Positions 21,323 through 32,940 are shown, numbered from the stretch's first letter. The stretch: DNA of 64,000 nucleotides from Patescibacteria group bacterium (GCA_049293675.1 JBAQBR010000002.1:214040-278039); one strand, 5' to 3'. The notes: generated from the sequence alone by a model not told the origin. Program-made: numbers and translations.

Positions 21323-22219
21323 ATGACTACAGAACCTTCTACACCAAAAGATGGAGAAAACATAGCGATACTCGGTATCATCGCGAATATATCGCTTGCG
21401 ACTATCAAGTTCCTTGGAGGTATTTTTGGTAACTCATATGCTCTCATCGCAGACGCCATCGAGAGCGCGACGGATATCATCGGTTCCATGATAGTATATC
21501 TGGGTGTTCGTTACGCACAGAAGCCTGCAGATGCCAATCATCCATACGGACATGGCAAGACTGAACCTATGGCAGGACTCGCTGTATCGATGCTTCTCGT
21601 ATTTGCAGTGATCGAGATTGTACGCGGTGCACTCGAGAGGATCAAAAATCCAGATACAGGCATTCCTGAGCTCTGGACACTCTGAATATTACTCGGTGTG
21701 GTCATACTCAAGGGATGACTCTTCGTCCGAGGATATATCATCGGCAAGAGTCTCCAGAGTACAGCTGTCACTGGTGATGCGTTCCATCATCTCTCGGACG
21801 CTGTCACAACAGGTATTGCACTTATCGGGACATTGCTCGCACTTTTTGGTGGTTCTGTTTTTCAGTCTGCTGCTGATTGGGCGGCAATCGTTGCAGCACT
21901 GTTCATGTGTTACAATATCTATCATATCGGTTGGCCTGCGATGCGGGAACTCCTCGATGAGGTCGAAGATACTGAACTCGAGACAGGAATCCGTAACATA
22001 GTATCAGACAATCCTCACGTCCAGAATGTGAATGTCTGTATCGCGCGCAAGAGTGGATTCGACCGTATCGTCGAGCTCCATATCCTCATCGACTGAGAGA
22101 AGACCGTCCGCGAATGACACCTTATTGCACATCAAGTCGAGGATAGTATACAGAAACACTTCCCGAATGTGAGAAGTATTGTGGTACATGTTGAACCGAG
22201 TTATGTAGTTGTGGAGTAA
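21323..22219 (+). CDS. cation diffusion facilitator (CDF) family metal efflux transporter
   Basis: Track ORFs 21323..21685 and 21833..22096 share one frame. Motifs: SYALIADAIES..D and HPYGHGK, plus a C-terminal cytoplasmic domain. Confidence 0.8.
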
Positions 22220-22275
22220 AATTGCTTTTTTAGAGTTTTTTTATATCCTGCATCTATCTAATCTGTTCAATACTT

Positions 22276-22554
22276 ATGGCTCAACTCTCACGTCAGGAAT
22301 TCACTGACAAAGTCCAAGAATACATCAAGCGTATCAATCAGATAGCTGAAGAGCAGGGATATTCTGTGATGATGGCATACTATATCGGTGGAGACGAACA
22401 AGCACCAGATGACTTCATCATCGACTGGCGGCATATGGCCCTCAACGACAATCTCTACGCACTCTCTCGTTGGACGCAGGATGTGATGAATAACTTTGAC
22501 GAGGATAGTACAGATGAGACACTTCCTTGGGAAAAAGGGACAGGAGGGTTTTAG
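22276..22554 (+). CDS. hypothetical protein (92 aa)
   Basis: Uninterrupted ORF ending in TAG. Confidence 0.5.
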   Translation: MAQLSRQEFTDKVQEYIKRINQIAEEQGYSVMMAYYIGGDEQAPDDFIIDWRHMALNDNLYALSRWTQDVMNNFDEDSTDETLPWEKGTGGF

Positions 22555-23258
22555 AACTGTTCCCAGAATATATCTTCTTTTGCTACACCAAGTGCTTCGA
22601 GTTTTTCTCGGGCACTTTTTACCATGGCTGGAGATCCACAGAGGTAGTATTCTTCGTATTCTGCTACTCTCTCTGGAGTTATGGAGTCAGTGACATATCA
22701 AGACTCGTAGGCCATATTTCCGAGTTTGTCTTTCGCAAGAAAGTCAGATACACGAGAAAAATACTGTATATATTCAAAGTTCTCAAAACTTTTCCCAAGC
22801 TTGAGTATCTCCTCCTCGTAGAAGCTATCTTCGAGTCAACGTACTCAGAATACGAATGCAATTTTCTGGGCTTTTTCCTCCCTCAGAGAGTGTCCGAGTG
22901 CTTGGCAATATACAGGCGCGAATCCCGTACCAGTTCCAATAAAACACTTCGTTCTCGTATTGTCCTGAAGTACAAAGTGTCCGAGCGGGAGTATACCAGA
23001 AAAAGTCGTACCAACCTCTGCATCACAGATGAGTGGACTCCCGCGTCACTCTGCAATCCGCTTGATGATGAGAGTAAAAGTAGCTCATACAAAACTCGCA
23101 ATGGAGTATGCACGGTTCAGTCCTGGTGCGAGTTGGAACATCACATATTGCCCGTGTTTTGGATATTCATCTATCATACTTGGACATGAATAGGTGAGTT
23201 CGTAGACGTCATGAGTGAGTTGTTTTTTGTCTGTGAGGGTGAATTGGGTGCGGAGCAT
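22551..23258 (-). CDS. FNR-family FAD/NAD(P)-binding oxidoreductase
   Basis: Motifs RAYSIAS (RxYS), GTGTGFAP and YLCGSPAMV. 235 aa with TGA read as Gly. Track ORF 22527..23189 is the antisense strand. Confidence 0.7.
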
Positions 23259-23311
23259 GGTAGTGGATTAGGAGGGTAGGAGAGGTACTGAAACGAGTTC
23301 AGGATGACATA

Positions 23312-23349
23312 TAAAAATCTCCTCGGATTATGAGGAGATTTGGATTTTT
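23312..23349 (-). terminator. rho-independent terminator (bidirectional shape)
   Basis: AAATCTCCTC-GGATTAT-GAGGAGATTT hairpin. Confidence 0.7.
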
Positions 23350-23379
23350 TACAAGGGAATATTTTTTGAATTCAGTAGT

Positions 23380-23580
23380 TTATTTTGCTTGAGTAATACC
23401 GGAAACCTGTGCTTTTACTCAGTCTGAGACCTTACCAAATGCATAAATATGTTCAGGATCAGAATGAATCAATGATCGAATATACTCAGCAATGGCAACA
23501 GCAATCGGGGTTTTCCGTTTTGCTATCCTTTGTGCCAAGTTTGTGTATTCTTGAGATGAGGTAGATTCACTTGTTGTCAT
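23380..23580 (-). CDS. small hypothetical protein (66 aa)
   Basis: ATG 23580 to TAA 23380 with one TGA. A terminator lies downstream. Confidence 0.4.
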
Positions 23581-23673
23581 GGGTCAATTATAGCGTATTT
23601 TCTCTATAATGCAAATTCTCAGATGCATATTCGGTTATCTTGATTTTCTCTCGTATTCGGGTACACTCCCAGC

Positions 23674-24702
23674 ATGCATGTTATCGTAGATATCCGTACC
23701 ACATCACCCCAAGAGACAACACCAGTTCGCGCAGGACTCGCATGGGCTCGACTCTGGAGACAATACAAGCCAGATGACACCCTTTCGCTCTTGCTCTATG
23801 AGCATCAGGAACATTTTGAAGGATTTTCTTGTATCGTTGTTCCACAGCCTCTTGGTATCTGGTGAAAGAAAAATCTCAAACAAAAGAATACAAAACAGGT
23901 GTTTCGTTGTGTGAATTTTTCATCGTTTGCGCCGTATGATGCGAGCATCCCTACGATATCACATGTATGGAGCAATGCGATGCACCTCTATGGAGAACCT
24001 GGTCAGAGCTCTCTCATGCGTCGTTATACTGATTGGTTGAGGAAACAAATATTTCACCGTACAACCACACTCATCGTTCCAGATATTCAGATAGGCCGTG
24101 AACTGGTCGAACTCTACGATGTCTGAGAGAATCAGATAGAGATCATCCCGTATCTCCCACTCTCTCAATTGAGAGACACTGCGCCACTTCAGATGATCCT
24201 GACGCCACATCCGTATTTTATCTATGATGGTGGTTATGGGAATGAGGCCAATATCCTCACACTCCTCGCGGCGTGGGAACGATACCGACATGACTGAGGA
24301 AAATATGAACTCCTGCTTGTTGGCTCTGCAGGGGAATATCTCTCATCACTTACTCAGATGATCCGATCTCTTGATATCGCTGGAAGTGTCCGATATCTTG
24401 GCCCCATCGATGATGGGACACTCCATACACTCTACAAGAAGGCAAAAGGTTGGATATATACATGACCGTATTATAGTGCTGGTTCAATTATAGAGCTCGC
24501 GGTATCATATGAGCTCCCGATGCTCCTCTCAGATATTGTTGCGTTCCAGAACTACGATGGACTGAGAGTACATCCGAATCATACATCTGATATTGCTAAG
24601 TCTCTCTCTCAACTGGAGACAATACCATTCCAGAATACTCACCCACATCATGAACGAGCATATGTTGAAGCATATGAAAAAATCCTCGCAAAGAGAAAAT
24701 AA
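23674..24702 (+). CDS. GT1/GT4-family glycosyltransferase
   Basis: Track ORFs 23674..23865, 23899..24126 and 24520..24702 share one frame and join through TGA. It has a C-terminal GT-B pattern (LLVGSAG...LYKKAKGWIY...GSIIELAVSYELP). Confidence 0.7.
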
Positions 24703-24781
24703 AAAATCATATTGACAAAATACAAAAATCTGTATTGTATAAGTGTAAGGTATATTCTTACTCTCTTACTCCAATTGAATT

Positions 24782-25807
24782 ATGAAAAACTTTCTTGCTC
24801 TTTTTACATCTGTACTCCTGCTCTCTGGTATCATGATACAGACAGCAGAGGGGGCTACTCGTATCCGTACCAAGAACCCAGCACAATATACAACATCTCC
24901 GTACTATGCTCCTGCACCTGTTGTCCACCCAGTGTACTATGGAAATCCATATACAGTGAATAATGGTGCAACAACACAGACATACTACTTCTCTCCGACA
25001 TATATCCAGGGATATACATACTACTCAACACCAACTCCAGGATATTATTACTATCTTCCTGTGAGAACCAATGTTGTATATACTCAGCCTGTCTATAACT
25101 ATCATACCAACCAGTACTACACGCCGCAGAACTATACACAAGGAACAGCGACAGTACACGTACAGAATCAAGGACAATACTATTATCCAAGCAACTATCC
25201 ATACGTAACAGCGACATCTACATATCCAGGATGTAACAAGGCTAATATCCTCATCGGAGGACAAGAATGGGCAGGATGTAACTCAACAGATAGGAATACA
25301 AGTGCATATAATCAATCAGGATGGTTCTTCGGAGGGGATACTCAGTCAAGTTTTCTCTCATACAATGGTATGGGGAACTCACTTGCATGGCAAGGTCGTC
25401 AGACACGATCTACTTCTTGGACATATGGTCCATGTGCTGATGGATACCGTCTCCCAACTCGTGGTGAGTGGGAAACTGCTATCTATTATGCCCGTCAAAA
25501 CGGAACATCACTTGCCTCTCTCCTCTCACTCTCATACAATGGTAGCTTCTATGGTTATAGAGATACCTCAGGAAATGTTACCCTCTCAGCACGTACAGAT
25601 GTCAACGGTGCATACTGGACAAGTACATTCGAGGGATCTAATCCAACAGTACTCCACCTTGCATCAGGATATGCCGGATATCGTACAGATGGAACAGACT
25701 ATTCACGTACTGTAGACACCAATCGTTGGCAGTATACTGATACAGGACTCTATCTCACTCAGAGCAACTACAGTGAGATGGCCAATGTACGATGTATCAA
25801 GAGATAA
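24782..25807 (+). CDS. secreted Tyr-rich protein with a FISUMP (Fibrobacter succinogenes major paralogous) domain
   Basis: Signal peptide, then about 130 aa of Y/T/P/Q-rich repeats, then IGGQEWAGCN...GYRLPTRGEWE...AYWTST...VRCIK. No TGA in 341 codons. Confidence 0.75.
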   Translation: MKNFLALFTSVLLLSGIMIQTAEGATRIRTKNPAQYTTSPYYAPAPVVHPVYYGNPYTVNNGATTQTYYFSPTYIQGYTYYSTPTPGYYYYLPVRTNVVYTQPVYNYHTNQYYTPQNYTQGTATVHVQNQGQYYYPSNYPYVTATSTYPGCNKANILIGGQEWAGCNSTDRNTSAYNQSGWFFGGDTQSSFLSYNGMGNSLAWQGRQTRSTSWTYGPCADGYRLPTRGEWETAIYYARQNGTSLASLLSLSYNGSFYGYRDTSGNVTLSARTDVNGAYWTSTFEGSNPTVLHLASGYAGYRTDGTDYSRTVDTNRWQYTDTGLYLTQSNYSEMANVRCIKR

Positions 25808-25869
25808 TTCCACCTATATTTTTCTCAAAAACAACCATTAACGTATTCATATATTCGTCAATACATTTT

Positions 25870-25896
25870 CTCCCGAATTTCTCGGGAGTTTTTTTA
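25870..25896 (+). terminator. rho-independent terminator
   Basis: CTCCCGA-ATTTC-TCGGGAG hairpin followed by a T-run. Confidence 0.75.
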
Positions 25897-25947
25897 TTTT
25901 CATAGAAGTATGTGTTATCGTAAGTAAGTATTCTTATTATTATTCTT

Positions 25948-27456
25948 ATGTCAGATACCAATACTGTAGGAGAACTCACGGAAGGAGAGTCTCACGAACT
26001 CCTGAGTCCATTACCAGCATCACCCGAACTCTCAGCAGGAGAAGAGCATCTCTTGATAACTTCTGGAGAGGAAGAGTACCTTCTTGCTCCACCAGATGAT
26101 ACTCTCGCTGTTATGGCAGAGGATACAGTGGAAGCCACCCAAGATGTAGTACCAGTTTCGGAACCAATCTTAGAGGTATCTTCTGGAGAAGATTATTTTG
26201 CTGAAGCCTCTCCAGAACTTACCTCAACTCCACAGGTAGTAGAGAATCCTATTGCCCCAGAGATGGATGCTTCGATATTTGACCAATTTGTCTCAGAGAC
26301 AGATACAACGACTCCAGATATCTCGGTCCAAGAGGCTCCAGTAGTGCCTACTCTCGAGGTTGCAGCAAGCGTCATGGAAGCATGAGTAGTAGCACCAATT
26401 GTCTCTCCTCCATCACCACCAGAGCCACCACAGATGCTCTCAAGTATGCCTATTGCTCCATCAGCCTCAAGTGGACAATCATCACACAAGGGTATATTGA
26501 TTGTTGGTGCTGTCTCTGTGGCACTACTTCTAGTCGTATGAGTCTGGTTGGTATTCGGATGAGATTCTGAGAAGACATGAGGTGTACAATATACTATCAG
26601 TGCAGAAGAACCTACAACATATGAAGAGACCGTTGCAAGCCAAGCCGCACTCCATGAACAAGATATAACACAGATGAATCATGCTCTTTCACAGAGGGAT
26701 CCTCAGATATGTGAGACTATCACTGCAGAAGATATGAAGATAGAGTGTACTGAGACACTCCGGGCCCAGGAACTTGCACAGTCTGGTGCAATCGAAGATT
26801 GTCAGACACTTACACGCTCAGATATACGACTTCGTTGCCAATCGACCCTTGCGCAAGATGCAGCCCTCATTGCTATGGACAAGTTCCTCTGTGATGTTAT
26901 ATCTGATGAAGTTCAGGCACAGTATTGTCGTGAAAACATAGATGAACAGAAACTTGCGAACCTCATCGAAACCAAAACAGCTACTGATAAAAACTGTAAA
27001 TCTCTCGAACTAAAATACCAAGACTCATGTGTCGCAGCAATCGCACGTGTTGATGACAATAGTATACTCCAGTCTGCAGTAACTGATGACAATCTCGAAG
27101 CGTGTCAGAAGCTCTCAACAGATGAGCTTCAATATGTATGTTTCGATACTATCCTCCTCAAGCGAGCACTCTCGAGTGGAGACAAGAATCTCTGTGACTA
27201 TGTACGTGATGAGACCAAGAAAGCATCATGTGTGAGTTATACAAAGACACAAGATGACAATGAGGTATTCAAGACAGCTATCATCGAAAAGAATCTGGAG
27301 ATGTGTACAACTATCGTGAATACATCACTCAAGAATCGTTGTCATGACTCGGTTATCCTCCTCCAGGTTCGTGACACCAAAAATGCTTCGCTCTGTGACT
27401 CCCTTATCAATACAGGGACTATAGAGTCTTGTAAAAAATCAACGGGTGCTCAGTAG
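25948..27456 (+). CDS. single-pass membrane protein with an acidic N-terminus and C-terminal Cys-pair repeats
   Basis: Track ORFs 25948..26385 and 26674..27456 share one frame and join through 4 TGA codons. A TM segment lies between them. At least 7 units of C-x9-11-C are spaced about 30 aa apart. Confidence 0.65.
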
Positions 27457-27508
27457 TTATTGCAGTATCTTTCGGTAGATATAGCAACTATCATTCAACT
27501 ATTCGTAT

Positions 27509-29827
27509 ATGTTCCACAAAATTTTTCTCATCTTTGCCACTATCATCTCTTCCATGTGTTTCTCTATGGGTGATAGTTATGCAAATATATCAACAGTATA
27601 CACTCCAGCACCTAAGATATCTCTTACAGGAACAACGAGTGAAGTCCGTATGGATGTTGCTTCCGCACTTTTTGGGACAGACTTTTCTGGAACGTATCTT
27701 GATACAACGACGATGTATATGAGTGGAGCTTTTTATATGAATGGAATCGGATGGGCACTGATGTCAAGTGGAGCATACCAAGTAGGGTTGGACTGTGGAG
27801 CACAGATTATTGCGAACCTCACTGCTCAATGTCAATTCACTGGATCAGGATGGAGTGAGAACATCTGAGAACTCGGTTTCACAAGTGTTCGTTACAATCC
27901 AACAACAGGAACACTCTCAGGGAGTATTGATTCTTTTGCTGGGGAATTCTCAGTAGAGGGGATATTCCTCCCGCTCTTGCCAGTCACACTTAATCAATCC
28001 CTCACGAATCTCACAGCCAATCACGGAGTAGGTCTCACTGTATACAATGAGTCACTCTATGGAGATGGCTCTTGGGCAGTACAACTCTTACCAGCGAAGA
28101 ATCCACTCTTTCCACAACTGAGAGGAGGATGAACTGATGGTGTCTTCTCTGTCGATCTCTCTCTTGCGGATACATACACCATGAGACTGACTGATCCTCA
28201 GTGAAGTACTACGGAACTCACAGGTGTAGTGGTCTATCCCGGATGAATCACACAGACTCTCGATGGGACGAGTAGTCTCTATATTCAGGACTTCTGTACT
28301 GACACTCCTGCTAACTGTCCAGATGGGAGTACACGCTCCGCAACGAGGTTGGATCGTGTAGCTCTATGAGGAACTATCGTTGCTGATGGGGTATCATCAT
28401 ATGACTTCACTCTCATGCCACGAGATAGATATGGTAATCGTATCAATGCTTGAGAGATCGTCATCGCATATACAGGAACTGTATCTGCAGTTCAGATACC
28501 AAGTGGGATAATAGTCAGTCCATATGATGGATCAAAAAATCTTCATGATGCACTCGTATTCGGTGGGGATATCATGCCAGTCTGGGATATGTCAGGGAAT
28601 TGGGAGAGCGCGAGCATCCCACTTATTGGACAAGATATCTCATATAAGATATCGAGTATCGCTCCAACAGATATGACAGAGAACAGAGTTGTACTGGATG
28701 CTATCACGTATACTGCAGTTGATGGGACAATAACCACTATCACAGATACAACATATCTTGCCTTTGATAAGCCATATACGACCAATATCACTCCACCAAG
28801 TAGTATTATTATCGGAGCAGAGAACGCTTTTGCTGTGGGATTTGTATCAGATACTTCGGAGGCACTCAGTCCAGATAGCATGACACTGCTCACTATCGGG
28901 GATGGGATATTGGCAGAGTTCCGAGATATCGTATCTTCGCCAGCTGGTACTGCTCAATCACCAGATTCTGATTGGTTTATGGATTTTTCTTCACCATCCA
29001 GTATCGTGGTCCCATCAGTATCCGCAAGTTTCGGCTTCACAGGAACATATGCGCCGAAGACGGCATATCCTCAGATAGAGAACATAAAATATAATTCACT
29101 CATTCACTATGTGGTATCTGGAATCGACGTTGTCTACGAAGCAACATCTGGACAGACACAGTCAGCAGAGTACAACGCTACGCGCGTCAAGATACTCGGA
29201 CAGAACAATGCTCGATCAGAGTATGGAACTATAGGAACAGATACCAAGACTCGCACTGATTTTTTTAACACTATTCGCAAAAATATAGCCCTCATGTCTC
29301 GTTGACGTACTGACTATACTGGAGCACCATATACTATTGTCGAGAATACTCATACCAATGTCAATAACGCAAGTTTCGATAATAAAAAAACAATCATCGT
29401 TATCGGTGCGAATATCACTATAACTGAGAATATCGACAAAGATATCGATAGTCCACTCGCGATAATCGCACTTGCTGATGCACAAGGAAATGGAGGAAGG
29501 ATAGATATCGAACCTGGGGTAACTGATATACATGCGTGACTCTTCTCAGAGCGTGCCATGCGTACAACAGGGGACAATCAGCTCTATATCTATGGTTCAC
29601 TTGTATCTCCCAATACGCTTGGTGATACTGCAGCTGGCATATGTCCGTATTATGTGACACCATGTGTCAATCCTTCTCAGTACGACCTCGAAGAGATGCG
29701 ATCATATACAGGAAGCTCTTCCCCAGGTCTCCCTGCTACGAGTAATACAGCAACAAGACATCCATGAAGCTCTATCATCATCGAGTATGACCAACGACTT
29801 CAGAGCGATCCACCACCAGGACTCTAG
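27509..29827 (+). CDS. large secreted surface protein (772 aa)
   Basis: Track ORFs 27509..27868, 28574..29305 and 29558..29767 share one frame and join through TGA, ending at TAG 29825. Signal peptide. The C-terminal module resembles the C-terminus of CDS 3..1964. Confidence 0.7.
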
Positions 29828-29830
29828 ACT

Positions 29831-29858
29831 AAAAAATCCCCAACTGGGGATTTTTTTT
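29831..29858. terminator. bidirectional rho-independent terminator
   Basis: AAAAAATCCCC-AACT-GGGGATTTTTTTT between convergent genes. It overlaps the zupT stop codon. Confidence 0.8.
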
Positions 29859-30645
29859 AATGATTCACTATCTCATCTTCGTGATGTTCATCAGCATGAT
29901 GGCTGTGTTCGAGACCAAGCAGTCCTATACTCGACATACCTATAGATCCAATGAGGAACGCTATGACGGTTGCGAGTTTTCATCTGCCTTGACTATGGAT
30001 GACAGGGAGGAGATCAGCTGTTGCGACATAGAGGAGTGACCCTCCTGCGAATGCTCCAGCGATACCCGCCACCATCGCGTCAACATCATGGAGGAATATA
30101 TCTGCTATCAGATATCCAATCGGTGCTGCAAGTGCAAATCCTATAAGGAATAGTAGTTGTTTCCTCTTCTCGAACTTGCTCTCGCGAAATATCGCAGCGA
30201 GTGAGAGTGATACTGGAATCTGGTGGATTGCAACCCCGAAGAGTATAGCATATCCCGCAGTTTCCGAGAGTCACATACCAGCACGTATCCCGAGTCCATC
30301 GAGGAGTGTATGAGCAAATATCGCGATAAAACTCACAACCGCAACATGATCATAGTGTTCGTGTGGATCTTCGTGACTATGATCTCCATGTGCATGATCA
30401 TGGTGGTGTGGGGTGAGGAGCTCCTCTATGATATATATAGCGAGGAATCCAGCGATAAAAGCATATATAGCCATCTCCGTCTGTTCGAGAGACTCTGGCA
30501 GTATATGCACGAGTGCGACCGAGAGCATCGAACCAGCACCGAGACCGATGAGGAGGTTGAGATATTTGCTTGGAATAGTCCTCTTGGTGTAGAGGAGGAG
30601 TCCTGTCGCAGATATGAGTGTGAGTATGATGAGTGGGAGGAACAT
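29857..30645 (-). CDS. zupT: ZIP-family zinc transporter
   Basis: Track ORF 30271..30645 continues past TGA to TAA 29857. It has a His-rich loop HHHDHAHGDHSHEDPHEH and the ZIP signature HQIPVS. Confidence 0.8.
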
Positions 30646-30693
30646 AGAATAGAAGTTAGATATTAGTTATTAGGGATTAGAGTGGAAGGTTTT

Positions 30694-31638
30694 TTATTTC
30701 GCGAACAATACCGACCGACCAACTTCTGTACACTCATCGAGGAGTTTTCGGATGAGCTCCTCGTTCATGTCTTTTCCAATGAATACTATTCGTTTTTCTG
30801 GAGGAGTCCCGCGAGTCCAGGGATCCATAGACATACGAGCTCAAGCCTTTTGTACGAGCCACCACTCACCCGGGCGTTCCGCGAATTCGATGAATCATTT
30901 TATCCTATAGCAGTCCGTCGTCAGGTCTTCGAAGAATGCATCGAGTTCTCGTGCCTTGAACCGAGACTGTGTCTTGTAGGCAAATACCTGTAAGTCTTCG
31001 TGTCCGTGTCGTCACTCCAACTCTTCCTCCATGCCTGGCTGTATGGCGAATCTGCCAGTCGAGAGGAGGAGTGCGAGATCTACTTGTCCGTAACTCGTAT
31101 TGATGATTGGTGCAAGTGCATTGACTCGGCGTATGAGTGTGTGGAGGAGTTCGAGCTTCGTCTCTGGCACAAGATCACACTTATTGAGTACTACGAAGTC
31201 TGCATATTCGAGTTGGTCGAGCGCTATATCTGTATGACTTGTGATGAGTGACTCGTAGTTGAGTGCATCGACGAGGCATACTATAGAGTCGAGCTTGACT
31301 CGTCCGCCCATATCGTTCATGAGAAAAGACTGGGCAATCGGAAGTGGTTCACTTGCGCCTGATGCCTCGATGACTATGGCATCTATCTTCTTCCCACTAT
31401 CGAGAAGTTTCTCAATAGCGTCCATCCAGTCCTTGCGCACGACACAACACATACAACCGTTCGAGACCTCGATGAGTTCTTCGCTTGATTGTTCGATGAG
31501 GTCAGAGTCTATACTCGTCTCGCCGAATTCGTTCTCCACGACGGCTATCTTGAGTCCGTGGTCTCAGGTAAGGATATGATTGAGGAGAGTGGTTTTCCCA
31601 CTTCAGAGAAAGCCAGTGATGATGGTTATTGGGATCAT
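30694..31638 (-). CDS. COG0523/CobW-family G3E GTPase (zinc metallochaperone type)
   Basis: Walker A GFLGSGKTT, with one G encoded by TGA at 31603..31605. CxCC motif (NGCMCCV). CobW C-terminal domain. Track ORF 31012..31539 is extended at both ends. Confidence 0.85.
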
Positions 31639-31676
31639 TATATAAAAGTATTGAGTATTAAGTATAGAGGTATGAA

Positions 31677-32027
31677 TTACCCCTTGCATCTTTCACAGTG
31701 CTTCACGAGTTCGATGGTCTCAGAACTCAGTGACTCTGGAGAGAGGGAAGTATGATTGTCTTCGATATTGTGACAATTCACACAACACTTGAGTTTGATA
31801 GCTTCTTCATTTTTTTTGGTACATTGGCAGAGAGTAAAAAACCTTTCCCCTCAGAACTCTGCTCGGTGGATGAGTCACTCAGTCGTGAATCTCTCCAGAA
31901 TTCGATAGAGTGTTGTCTGGTTCATCTCTCCAGATTCGACGAATTTTTCTCTGAGAGACTTCTGTGAGATAGTCTTCTCATGACTGAGAGAGTCGAGGAT
32001 GTGTCTTCTGTGTATTGTTGAGAGCAT
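31677..32027 (-). CDS. Fur-family regulator, probably Zur (116 aa)
   Basis: wHTH motif (TLYRILERFTTEGLIHR) plus C-terminal CxC/CxxC pairs. It is the first gene of the COG0523-zupT operon. I checked the frame codon by codon. Confidence 0.65.
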
Positions 32028-32039
32028 GTCCCTATACTA

Positions 32040-32059
32040 TGCATTTTTTTGCAAATGCA
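32040..32059. promoter_or_regulatory. candidate Fur/Zur operator
   Basis: Inverted repeat TGCATTT-N6-AAATGCA, 13 nt upstream of the zur ATG. Confidence 0.3.
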
Positions 32060-32129
32060 AGTTTTTGTATCAATTATATTTTGACATGAGAGGAGTATCT
32101 ATATACTTATATTATATTACATATCACTC

Positions 32130-32900
32130 ATGCACATGAACCAGAGAGGATTCACACTCGTTGAGCTCATGATAGTTATAGCAATTATATGAGTACTCTC
32201 TGTTGCTCTCTATCCAGGATTTACCGGTTATATGGAACGGGCGAGAGTTGCTGGTATCCATGCGTTTGTTCGCGAGATGAAGCTTAAGGGTGAAACTCTT
32301 GTGCATTACGATTATGAAGCAATAGATGTCTTTGGTTGAGTTTCGAATACGGAGAACTCAATCTATAATCTCATAAGAGTTCCTCCACGTTTTGGATGAC
32401 CAGAAGTCTCGGTGAGTTGAGTATTGAGCTTACCCATGCTTGGACAGGCATGATATTACACATCTACAAGCAATACTAGAACCAATGAGAACTTACCACT
32501 TTCATGAAGAGACTTTGTAGTGATGCATTGGGTGCAATCAGAGGTAATATGAGGGCAACTCTATACAGTTCTCAATACGCTCAATTCCAATTGATTTCGT
32601 TTTGGATTGGGCGGAGGCATGATACAAGTCCTAGCCTGAAATGCGAGTACTTACTATGAGGGAACATGTGGGAGTACCAAAAAAATCAATGATGGAAGTT
32701 GGCATCATATTGCAGGGTATTTTCAGCTTCGTGAATGAAAGATAACTTGCTTCTATGATGGGAAGGAAGTATCATCGATAGTAATCTCAAATACATATGC
32801 TGATTTTACTGACCAGAGACTTATGGTATGAAATGGATTACAGGCTGTAGGATTTAGCTGATCGATAGATGATGTTATTGTTGTACGAGCATTGCAATAA
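32130..32900 (+). CDS. type IV pilin-like protein with a C-terminal LamG/concanavalin-like domain
   Basis: Prepilin signal MHMNQRG/FTLVELMIVIAIIGVLS, with one G encoded by TGA at 32190..32192. The C-terminus reads W.HIAGYF...CFYDGKE...GSIDDVIVVRAL. 256 aa. Confidence 0.75.
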
Positions 32901-32940
32901 AATCCAAACTAGGTCTTGAATATCTTGTTGGGAAAATAAA

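Noticed and set aside
22527-23189. A 220-aa plus-strand ORF.
   Set aside because: It is antisense to the FNR-family oxidoreductase, whose RxYS, GTGxAP and C-terminal motifs are clear on the minus strand.
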